A stretch of DNA of 64,000 bases from a virus: the IMG/VR virus record IMGVR_UViG_3300027752_001458, positions 32,001 to 96,000 of that record, one strand, 5' to 3'. The translations under genes and the position numbers were made by a program. Shown piece by piece: positions 19,270 through 28,400 of this stretch (position 1 is its first letter; each line of letters starts with the position of its first letter). Under the pieces are notes generated by a model. The model was given only the letters and a program-made list of their open reading frames with translations. It was not told where the DNA came from and searched no databases.

Positions 19270-19704
19270 ATAGGACTATGCACCAGCCCCAACCGAGGCC
19301 AATATCGGACTCTTCGACAAACCTGAACAAGGTGCGAGAATTAGAGATGCATAGCGGTAAAGATACGACACATACGAAAAACTGTATTAGAAGGATGTAG
19401 GCACTGAGAAAAAGCAACCTACAAGTTTGTATAACTAAACTCTACAAGGTTATACAAATTTCCGTGAGATGAGACGGTAGTGTATGGGGACAGAAAGCTC
19501 ACTGGTTCCTTTAAGCACCCGAGTTAGAGATGATGATGGCTCATATGATGACAATATGACCGAACAGCTTCTCCTTGCAATAGGAGAAGTATGACTCCAA
19601 CTATATGATAACTTTAAATTACTTCTTTAATTTAAAAAAGTTACTTCAAGAACTGAAATGAATGAAATGATTGAAGTTAGTAGAAGTAAAGATACGAAGT
19701 ATCT
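19270..19704 (+). ncRNA. Putative large structured non-coding element
   Basis: About 520 nt with no ORF and at least nine inverted-repeat stems, several using G-U pairs (listed in findings). Strand is assumed from the upstream operon. Confidence 0.5.
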
Positions 19705-20221
19705 ATAAAGTATTAAACAATTCAACAGTATCTCTGTAAGACAAACGTAAATTAACTGTATACAAATAAAAGTCTTTGTTTAATGAATGTAATGAAGCTC
19801 CATGGAATTTAGTTACGTCTAGTATACACACTTCACCTGGATGTAACATTTTATTGTGTTCTGAGTCTTTATGTATTATTTCAATTGGAACATCTTCTAA
19901 GTTAAACATTATATTAGTTTTTCTTGTTAGAGGGTTCTTCCATCCCATTAACCAATCCTGATGTAGTTTCACCATTGTACCTTGCTTAACAGTTTCTATT
20001 GCTACACTATGCTCCGCAATGTCTAACGGCAACGGAGTAGCGTCTATTATTTGTTGTTGTAGGCTTTGAGGCATGTCGCGGAGTAAAAAAATGTGCTGAT
20101 CCATTTCAGCACGGTCTTCTACTAAATGAAACTCACTAGCCTCTTTGAACTGCGTTATAGGTTCAACAAGTTGTCGCATTGCGTCAACATCATAGTCCCA
20201 CTTTAAAATTGTGCTATACAT
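19703..20221 (-). CDS. Cupin / 2OG-Fe(II) oxygenase-like protein
   Basis: HQD...LDVTKFHG, an HxD...H facial triad. Confidence 0.6.
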   Translation of the reverse strand: MYSTILKWDYDVDAMRQLVEPITQFKEASEFHLVEDRAEMDQHIFLLRDMPQSLQQQIIDATPLPLDIAEHSVAIETVKQGTMVKLHQDWLMGWKNPLTRKTNIMFNLEDVPIEIIHKDSEHNKMLHPGEVCILDVTKFHGASLHSLNKDFYLYTVNLRLSYRDTVELFNTL

Positions 20222-20652
20222 TCGCTGTAGAACATCCTATTATTGACTGTTACAAACTCAGCTTTGAAGGGATTTTCGCGGTTATCACACCCATGTTCTT
20301 TAGTAGTATCTATTATAAAGAACTCGCCTACTTGTATAGTGTGGTCTTCTATTACACCATTATTAGTGTGCTGTACTGTAGCAGGCCCCTCTCCCACGTT
20401 AATCAGTATATTACTGTTTCTCCCACCGATATCTATGTGCAAGTGCAGTTGATCATGTTCCATAATATACTCTAATCCCACGTGGTGTAACGGCTCAATA
20501 TGGTACTTTTCGATGAAGTCAGCAGGCATCCTGCTCCATAACTGCTGGGCAGAATACAGCTTTTGGCGAATCTTCCTAAGCTGTACTACGCTACTCAGCA
20601 TCTTGTCTGTACGCAAAAACTCGAGGAATTGCTTAAATTCTATACTTTCCAT
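20203..20652 (-). CDS. Cupin / 2OG-Fe(II) oxygenase-like protein (paralogue of the neighbour)
   Basis: HID...IDTTKEHG triad; late promoter GGTAAATA at 20658-20665 lies immediately upstream. Confidence 0.6.
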   Translation of the reverse strand: MESIEFKQFLEFLRTDKMLSSVVQLRKIRQKLYSAQQLWSRMPADFIEKYHIEPLHHVGLEYIMEHDQLHLHIDIGGRNSNILINVGEGPATVQHTNNGVIEDHTIQVGEFFIIDTTKEHGCDNRENPFKAEFVTVNNRMFYSECIAQF

Positions 20653-20696
20653 ACCAGTATTTACCTAATTAGGAGCCAGAAAGAATGGTAAAAAGG

Positions 20697-20725
20697 TTGA
20701 CTTTGGTACTAGATACCAGTATAAT
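20697..20725 (+). promoter_or_regulatory. Sigma70-type early promoter
   Basis: TTGACT-17 nt-TATAAT, followed by an AGGA RBS. Confidence 0.8.
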
Positions 20726-20758
20726 ACATGTATATTAAGCAAATAAGGAAAGAGAACT

Positions 20759-21226
20759 ATGTACAATATATACCAAATCAAACTAAGCGAAGCAGTATAC
20801 AACTTTGTTAACGGTCCAGAAGGCGGACACACAAAGACTGCTGAAAAGTACCCAGAGTACAACACTCATATGGAAGTAATGCACAAGGGTTCAAAAGGAT
20901 ATACTCCTGAGATGTTTGCACATTACACTAAGGTTTGTGAGGTTGCTAACTTTGAACCTTCAGATCAAATTCTAGAAGAAGTGTTTAAAATCTTAAACGG
21001 TTACTACTTCGATGAAGAGACTGAGACAGACGAGACATTTGATGCTTTCGTTAGTGGTTTTAAAATGAAGACAGTCACTCGCAAGAACGGTGAAGTTGTA
21101 ACTTTCAGAGACATGCATTCACTATCACTTGGTGACATTGTTGAAGACACTTCAACTGGTGAGTTCCACATGGTAGACGGCATGGGCTTTAAGCAAATTC
21201 AAACTAAAATAGCGGAGTTAGTGTAA
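20759..21226 (+). CDS. Hypothetical protein with YodL-like C-terminal motif
   Basis: HSLSLGDIVE...FHMVDGMGFKQI resembles the YodL-like pattern HSLSVSDVV...YYCDSIGF. Confidence 0.55.
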   Translation: MYNIYQIKLSEAVYNFVNGPEGGHTKTAEKYPEYNTHMEVMHKGSKGYTPEMFAHYTKVCEVANFEPSDQILEEVFKILNGYYFDEETETDETFDAFVSGFKMKTVTRKNGEVVTFRDMHSLSLGDIVEDTSTGEFHMVDGMGFKQIQTKIAELV

Positions 21227-21457
21227 ATGGCTGTTAAGACTAAAAAGTATGTGCGTATTGATTCATACAACGACTTGTTAATGCCACTTGAGGTGTTTGA
21301 GCGTGTTGCTGATCAAATTATGTTTGTGCGAACTGTATACGAAGACGGTGCAACACACCTTTCTGAGATAACTGAAATTGATAAGTTTCACTTGCACACT
21401 CCTGCAGAAGTTGAAAATTTACTGATGCACGACAAGTTGAGTAAATCGAATGATTGA
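21227..21457 (+). CDS. Hypothetical protein
   Basis: GGAG RBS; abuts the upstream gene and overlaps the downstream one. Confidence 0.65.
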   Translation: MAVKTKKYVRIDSYNDLLMPLEVFERVADQIMFVRTVYEDGATHLSEITEIDKFHLHTPAEVENLLMHDKLSKSND

Positions 21458-21764
21458 TATATTACAAGAAGTAACAGACTGGGGCAAGTACTCAGTTAAC
21501 AACGGCATTTATCATGTGAACGGTGCAGGACAGTTAGTTGCATATAAGCCATCAGATGATGCTGAACTTAAAACGTTTATTAACCCATTAAAGCAGTTTA
21601 GCAAAAGTAGACGTAAGTTTGTTAAGCTCGGGCAAGTAGAAGAGCAGTTAGCAGATGACGTTATTGTTGTACAAGGCAGTAACGGAAAAACTTACACAAT
21701 CCAAGATGGCAAATGTAGTTGCCCTGGTTACACTTACAGAGGAGATTGTAAACATGTTAAATAA
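21450..21764 (+). CDS. SWIM zinc-finger protein
   Basis: C-terminal CSCPGYTYRGDCKH (CxC-xn-CxH). Confidence 0.75.
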   Translation: MIDILQEVTDWGKYSVNNGIYHVNGAGQLVAYKPSDDAELKTFINPLKQFSKSRRKFVKLGQVEEQLADDVIVVQGSNGKTYTIQDGKCSCPGYTYRGDCKHVK

Positions 21765-24105
21765 AATTATTAGTGTATCAGCAGTATTATTGTTAGGAGC
21801 ATGTGCAAGCGGCGGTGGGTCATCCCCTGCTCCAGTGACACCTGTAGTATCTACTTCACAAGCAACTACTACACCCACAGACCAACGGCATGCGTTTGAC
21901 ACATGGTCTAAAGTGTTCACTACTAATTTGTCAGGCTACAGTGCTAGTGTAACACAAAAGTATGACATGACGGATTATACCACAACAGGTTTGCCTGCTC
22001 CAACTGAAAAATATAAAATAGCAGACTATGGTTTTTTCCGTTCTACTATTACAGGCAGTCATCCTGGGTTTGACTACGAAGACACAACACCTATTTTAAG
22101 TTTCATGCAACATGGTCAGATTATCAGAGCTGACTTAAATGGCGATGGATGGCAAGACTTTTACTTGGCGAATTGGGTCGGCAATGACAGGTCTGAATTT
22201 GAACCTGACAGTATGTTGTTTGCATTTTTAAATGATGGTGACGGTAACTTTATATTAAGCAACGATTTGTTTCCAGAAGGCAACCCTTGTTTTAGGGGCT
22301 CCGGTTGTGACAACAATACTGAACACCAAAAAGGTTTAGTGGTTGCAGACTTTAATGGAGACGGCATTGACGACATCTATCAAGGCACTACACTTGTGCT
22401 CAGCGACAACGGAAAGTTATACGATAAAGGCGACACCCATTTGCCTATGGCAGAGTTGTTTGAGAAGTGTATGCCTGGTCAATATAACAGTATGTGTTTC
22501 CAGCACGATGCTGATGTAGGCGATGCAGACGGTGACGGTGACATAGACATTTTTATTCCTATCTCGTCAGCACATGTTGATAACTATCCTATGCCTTGGG
22601 CAATGTTAATAAATGACGGCACTGGTAAGTTTACTGCTAATCAAAACTTCCCAACACAGGCGGCAAATGTGTTTGCTACAGCGGCTACTATAGGCGACTT
22701 CGATGGTGACGGACACGGTGATGTTGCTGTTGGGTGGTTTATGACAGCCGAAGCAAAAGCAAATGGCTTTAGCGAAAACTATGACAATAGTGCAGGCACG
22801 GTATTTTGGAATGATGGAAATAATGATTGGAGAAACAGAGCATGGACAGAGCTTCCTGACAACTACTACGGTGCAAACGGAAATGCAAACGACATAAAAG
22901 CATTTGATTTTAACGGAGACGGCTTACTTGATATTATACTTGCGTCTACTAAGCACGAACCATATTACGATGGCAGGGTTGTACAGTTTTTCTTAAACAA
23001 CGGTGATGAGACATTTAGTGATGTTACAAGCACAGTTAATCCAGACACAAAATATGTTAACGGTTTGTGCCCAGACTCAACTGGTCCTTGCTATTGGAAC
23101 GGAGACGGCAACTTAGAAATATTAGACTTTGATGCAGACGGTGATTTAGATATCGTCGACACAGTGTTTGGTACTTATGCGTTAATAAACGAAGACGGCA
23201 CGTTTACAATATACGATGACTTTCCTACTTTTGACGACAGCACATCTTACTACCCAGTAGAAATAGACAACAAGTATTTCTATGACTTTATTGCTTCAAC
23301 TACGGAATACAGCGACACAGAAAGTATCCAAACATTTTATCAAGTGTTAGATCCGCCTTTTGTAAAAATGATGGAAGAGATTACTAACAAGCCTAAAGCA
23401 TACGTTGAAGGTATATTTGAAAGTAAGATGTTGTTTAGCGACTTACGACAGAACCAACGCTCAACCTCATTGTTTGCTACTGATATGGAAACATACGGTA
23501 TGGCAGGAGTGACACACAGAACAGACACGTTCGGATTTAATGCAGGTAAACTTACTGGTGATAACAATGGTAGTTTTGTTGGACTTGACTATGTAAGCAA
23601 TAACATACACGTTGGCATTAACTATGTTAACAACACTATGTCAATGTATAATCCTACAGAATATTACGGCACAGGTTCAGCTGATGTTGACTACGACACT
23701 GTTAGTGTGTTTGCAGAACAAGTGACTTATTTGACAGACACATGGTATACATCATACGGTGTTGAACTTTACCACACTGAAGTAGATAGCTTTACTGAAC
23801 AGAACAGTACACACAATGTTACAGTGGATGCATTTAATATGTCTGACGCAAAACTGTTTGCTGATATTACAGGCAAGTTTAATTCTAAATTAGGCTCAAC
23901 GTTTGTAAGTTTAGGGTATGAAGTTTATCGTGGACTAGGTAGCAGTACTGTTAACTTTGCTGATGTACTAGAGTATGATTCATCGCGTGAACTGGACTTA
24001 GGTAAGATTTCGGTATTACACATGTATAACTCTTTTTATGCAAGAGCTTCTATGAATACAGAAGAGTATAACACTTTTGAAGTTGGTTTTTTAATTAACT
24101 GGTAG
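21754..24105 (+). CDS. Lipoprotein with FG-GAP/VCBS repeats and putative C-terminal autotransporter-like beta-barrel
   Basis: AGGAG RBS then ATG at 21754; lipobox LLGA-C and an S/T/P linker; repeated DxNGDGxxD motifs; alternating aromatic strands ending in FEVGFLINW. Confidence 0.75.
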   Translation: MLNKIISVSAVLLLGACASGGGSSPAPVTPVVSTSQATTTPTDQRHAFDTWSKVFTTNLSGYSASVTQKYDMTDYTTTGLPAPTEKYKIADYGFFRSTITGSHPGFDYEDTTPILSFMQHGQIIRADLNGDGWQDFYLANWVGNDRSEFEPDSMLFAFLNDGDGNFILSNDLFPEGNPCFRGSGCDNNTEHQKGLVVADFNGDGIDDIYQGTTLVLSDNGKLYDKGDTHLPMAELFEKCMPGQYNSMCFQHDADVGDADGDGDIDIFIPISSAHVDNYPMPWAMLINDGTGKFTANQNFPTQAANVFATAATIGDFDGDGHGDVAVGWFMTAEAKANGFSENYDNSAGTVFWNDGNNDWRNRAWTELPDNYYGANGNANDIKAFDFNGDGLLDIILASTKHEPYYDGRVVQFFLNNGDETFSDVTSTVNPDTKYVNGLCPDSTGPCYWNGDGNLEILDFDADGDLDIVDTVFGTYALINEDGTFTIYDDFPTFDDSTSYYPVEIDNKYFYDFIASTTEYSDTESIQTFYQVLDPPFVKMMEEITNKPKAYVEGIFESKMLFSDLRQNQRSTSLFATDMETYGMAGVTHRTDTFGFNAGKLTGDNNGSFVGLDYVSNNIHVGINYVNNTMSMYNPTEYYGTGSADVDYDTVSVFAEQVTYLTDTWYTSYGVELYHTEVDSFTEQNSTHNVTVDAFNMSDAKLFADITGKFNSKLGSTFVSLGYEVYRGLGSSTVNFADVLEYDSSRELDLGKISVLHMYNSFYARASMNTEEYNTFEVGFLINW

Positions 24106-24115
24106 GTATTACACT

Positions 24116-24421
24116 TTACTCGGGCGGCATTGATGGAGCATCACCGCCCCAATTAGCTTCACCACCCTCGTTAGACCCCCAATCATCTCCATCGTAACTA
24201 GCACCTTTGTCGCCACCCTTAATTTTATTATATCTATTAAGTGTTTTGATTAGTGTTTCCCGCTCAGCAGGACTAAGATGCCATCCCTCAGTATATGAGA
24301 CAGCCCCTTCGCTAAAAATTGCCAGCTCTGCAACTTGACGAGTGATTAGTTTTTGTTCTTTATCGAGTCTGCCTAGGTAGCCCGTAATTTCTTCAGGCTC
24401 AGCCGATCCTAGGAACCCGTG
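24116..24421 (-). CDS. gp51-like chaperone segment, probably reached by -1 frameshift from the gp26-like gene
   Basis: Open frame of 102 codons with no usable start codon; contains SYTEGWHLSPAERETLIKTL; begins at the slippery A AAT TTT TTC. Confidence 0.65.
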   Translation of the reverse strand, partial: HGFLGSAEPEEITGYLGRLDKEQKLITRQVAELAIFSEGAVSYTEGWHLSPAERETLIKTLNRYNKIKGGDKGASYDGDDWGSNEGGEANWGGDAPSMPPE

Positions 24422-25278
24422 AAAAAATTTACAGGATCAAAGTTAATAGGTGCATCGAATTGGTTATCGCACTTTTCATTTTGACAATCTATATATACTG
24501 ATTGCTTAACACCTTTAGCATTAATCTCATTAACAAACTCTTCAATTTGTTTACCAGTTACACTGTCTGTATTTTCCAGAAACTGCCTAATTTGTTTAAC
24601 GTCACTAACAATGCCGATCTCACCATCTTCATCTGTGTATCGAATTTCTTTCACACTGTCAATTATCATTTCAAAATTTAAGTCTGCTAATTTAACAAAA
24701 CTTGTATTGAATGCTTTTAGACGTTCCATATCATCTGTTAGCTCTGAAATAGCCTGCATACTTCTAGTACTTTGGAAACTGGCTAAACCAGCTTTAATTG
24801 TACTACCATATGTAAACGGCAATGTTACTAACGTAAGACCATTTGAAAGTTCTTTAACATATTCATTTTCAAGTGATTCCATAGTTGCTAATGAACTATC
24901 AATGCTAACCATAACAGTACTTAACTCTTTACAAGTCGGGCACTCTGCGTTAACTGTGACTTCGTCACCGCCACTTGCACCTCGAATAGCAATTAAGATT
25001 GCATCAACGTCTGCACTAAAAAGTAACTTAGGCTTCTTGATTTCAGGAACACATGACTTAATTAAATTAGAAACAGCTTCACCATTTAATAATGCATCTG
25101 GGTTCTTAAGCATCAGTTCGTCTTTAGTAGTCATTGGATAAATTGCAAACTCACCAGATTCTGGTGTTGCACATATATCATCAGTATAAAATTTAGCACT
25201 ACTAGGAATATCTAAATACATCTTAGGTGCTCTAAAGTAAGCACTTAACGGATTACTTTGATTTTTTTGTTCGCTCAT
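24409..25278 (-). CDS. Baseplate hub assembly chaperone, gp26-like
   Basis: YPMTTKDELMLKNPDALLNG, ILIAIRGAS, CPTC and CxxxxC zinc ligands, C-terminal DPVNFF; lies next to the tape measure gene. Confidence 0.75.
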   Translation of the reverse strand: MSEQKNQSNPLSAYFRAPKMYLDIPSSAKFYTDDICATPESGEFAIYPMTTKDELMLKNPDALLNGEAVSNLIKSCVPEIKKPKLLFSADVDAILIAIRGASGGDEVTVNAECPTCKELSTVMVSIDSSLATMESLENEYVKELSNGLTLVTLPFTYGSTIKAGLASFQSTRSMQAISELTDDMERLKAFNTSFVKLADLNFEMIIDSVKEIRYTDEDGEIGIVSDVKQIRQFLENTDSVTGKQIEEFVNEINAKGVKQSVYIDCQNEKCDNQFDAPINFDPVNFFTGS

Positions 25279-25317
25279 TTTTGCTCCATATAATCCTTTG
25301 TGGATTAACTATGTACT

Positions 25318-25399
25318 TATTTATCTATATTAACAATAGTTTTAATGAATTTATTGAAAACTCCTCATTAAAAGCAGTTTTAATAATAGTTGATAAATA
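25318..25399. promoter_or_regulatory. Divergent late promoters, each with a TTAAAA-N4-TTTTAA-like box
   Basis: Minus GATAAATA at 25318-25325 and plus GATAAATA at 25392-25399; boxes at 25330-25345 and 25368-25383. Confidence 0.65.
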
Positions 25400-25424
25400 T
25401 GATTAGTAACAGAGGATACCCAAA

Positions 25425-28400
25425 TTGGCAGTTTCATTTAACTTAGACGGACAAGCCTTAACATTCCCAGACTGGGCGAGTGAGGCAACAGCGGAGCAGA
25501 TGCTAGATATACTGAAAGGTATAGCTAAGTCATCAGGTGCTTCAGAGAAAGATCAAAAGAAAGTTACAGATTCTGCTAAGAAGACGTTAGATGAACTGAA
25601 GAAAGGTAACGCAAATGATGACGTTACAGCAGAAGATCAAAAGAAGCGAGACGAGAAACTACTTAAAGAAAATAAAAAACTAGGAGACGGCTTTAAGGAA
25701 CTGGGCAATCAATTAGAGCAATATAAAGTAGACAAAGCATTTGATGCCTCGTTCTTAGGTACATTAAAAGCATCGTTTGAAAGCGAAGGTGAGAATGTCG
25801 GCAGGGCTATAATGACCACCGGCGAACACTTGTATAAAGGTGCGGCATACGTTGGCGGTGCAGTTCAGCAATATGGTGCAATGCTGGGCAACAGCATATT
25901 AGGTGCAGGCGAAAGTTTAAATGACTTAGCTAAGGTAGGTGTTGGCTTTAACGATACCTATTCCGGTATGGCAGAAACAGCTGGCTTGGGCGTGGCCCAA
26001 CTAGCAGGACTAACAGGAAGTTTCGGCGGAGCGGCGGCACTAATTTCAGCATCAGCAAAAGTTGTAGCAACACAAGGCTTTGGCAACTTCACTAAATCAA
26101 TGAGATTTGCTTCAGATATATCTGAAGAATTAGGCATGAGTTTAGAAGACAGCATGGGTGTGTTCTCAGAATCATTAAAGTCACGTCAGATGTTGATGAA
26201 CGTAGGTAATGCTGACCAAGGCAGAATGAACAAACAAATTCAGAAGTCGACAAAAATGCAGATGGCGTATGCTACTGCTATAGGTGTCTCAACAGAAGAG
26301 ATGTCAGCGTTTGTCGAAAGTTTAACCCGCAACAACGGTCTATTAACATCATCGCTATTGAGATTCGACGATACACTACGAGGCGATGTAATTGCTGGTA
26401 TCGAAGTATTTGCTAGTGGACTAGCAGGTATGGGCGGACAAGCAGGACAAGACATTGCATCAGCATTCCTAGAAGCAGGTACGGCAGGTGCAATTGGTAT
26501 GAGCCAAGCGGCAACAGGCTTTGTTACAGCATTGCCAAGTTTAGCAGGCCCAATGAACGAGTTTGCAAATGCAATGAAAGACGGCACACTTACCCAAGAA
26601 CAATCAAAAGATATGGTTAACAGTTTAACCGGTCAACTAGGAAATTTAAGTGCAGGTGAAAAAGATCGTATCTACCAAATGGCTAGAATCGGTGATGAGT
26701 CTGCAAAAACAATGGCTAATGCTATTGCACAGTTTGAACAAAGCGAAGACAAGTTAAAAGAAGTAAACGAAAAGTTCGGCACAGCATTCAATATGGACGC
26801 AGTGCAAAAAGGTACTAACCAGTTTAATAAGATGATGACAAACATATCAGGTGGCGCCTCGAATGCGTTCTACAGTTTGTTTGCAGATCCCGAAATAATG
26901 AAAGTTATTGAAGACGGGATGGCGGAAATATTTGCCATGTTTGGCATGGGTGTAGATGATCTAGCAGGCTCGGCAATGGATGCAGGCGGCATGGTTAAGA
27001 GCATGGTCCCTGCTGTTAAGAGCTTTGTTGGATTTATAGTAGACATTGGTAAATCAGTAGCAGGCTTTTTTGCAAAATTTAAAACAGATGAAGGCTTTGA
27101 CTTTGGTGCAATGTTTAGCGGCATCATAGGTAAGGCTAAATCGGCATTGTTCACAGCAATATTGACTTTTGTGGGTATATGGCTAGGTGCAACAGTTGCC
27201 ACACATTATGCAAAAACTGTATTAGGTCCAGCAATCGGAAAATTTGGCAAAGAACTATTTGCTAAACACAAAGGCCCAGCAATGGCTATGGCCAAAAATG
27301 CCCTTGAATATACCAAAGGCATGTTTGCAAAACATGGACCAGCCGCAATGAACATGGCTAAAAATGCACTTAACTACTCCAAAGGTCTGTTTGCAGGTGG
27401 AGCCACAACAGGCAAAAATATTCTCAATAATTCTATAGCTTATGCAAAAGACGTATTTAACACTTCTGGTGCAAAAGGTGTAGCAAGTAAAATGAGCGGT
27501 TACGCATCAGCATTTGGTAAAAAAATATTCAGTGGCGGCGACAAAATAGCAAAAACAGTTGCCAGTGCCGCCTCATCCTTTATGGGCAAACTTACAAAAG
27601 GTGGCGCACCTGATGTTGTAGGCAAAGGCGTGGCAAAAGCTGGTGGCCTAGTGTCTAGTTTAGGTGCAAAAGCAAAAGCACTTGTGCCAAAAGGATTGAG
27701 TGACAAAGTAAGTGGCATGGGCGGTAAAGTATCAGGCATGTTAAAAGGTGCGTCAGACAATGCAGACAAGGCCACAATGCCAATGGGCAAAGGCGGCGGC
27801 TTCTTACAAACAATAGCAGATGCAGTTAAAAAATTCGGCGATAGCAAAGTTCTTAAAGGAGCGGCGGCTATTGCATTGTTGGGAGCTTCAGTTGGTATAG
27901 CAGGTGTAGGACTTAAACAATTTAACGATGTTGACTTTGCATCAATAGTTAAAGGCACATTGGCGTTAGGCGGCTTAGCCGCATTGGCGCAAGTATTAGG
28001 TAAAGGTTCTATGGGAATGATACAGGGCGCCGCGGCAATAGTATTGTTAGGAGCCGCAGTTATACCATTAGCATTCGGTCTTAGTTTAATGAAAGACGTC
28101 GGATTTAAAACAATTGGCGTATTGGCGGCAGGACTTCTTACACTAGGTGGTGCGGCGGCAATACTTAGTTTTGCATCACCATTTATAATAGCAGGGTCTT
28201 TTGCAATCGCGGCATTGGGCGTAGCACTTGGCGTGTTCGGCGTAGGAATGTCACTGGTAACTGGTCCACTAAATGAGTTTATAACCGGTATGAGTAACCT
28301 TGCAGAAGTTAACGGAAAAGGACTAGCATCTGCGGCTGGCGGAGTATTAGCAGTAGGTGCCGCAATGGCGTTATTAGCCCCAATGCTTCCGTTCATGCTG

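Noticed and set aside
19182-19702. Group I intron, tmRNA or retron interpretation of the non-coding region
   Set aside because: Flanking genes are uninterrupted, there are no tRNA-like ends or tag ORF, and no reverse transcriptase is nearby; kept only as an unclassified structured element.
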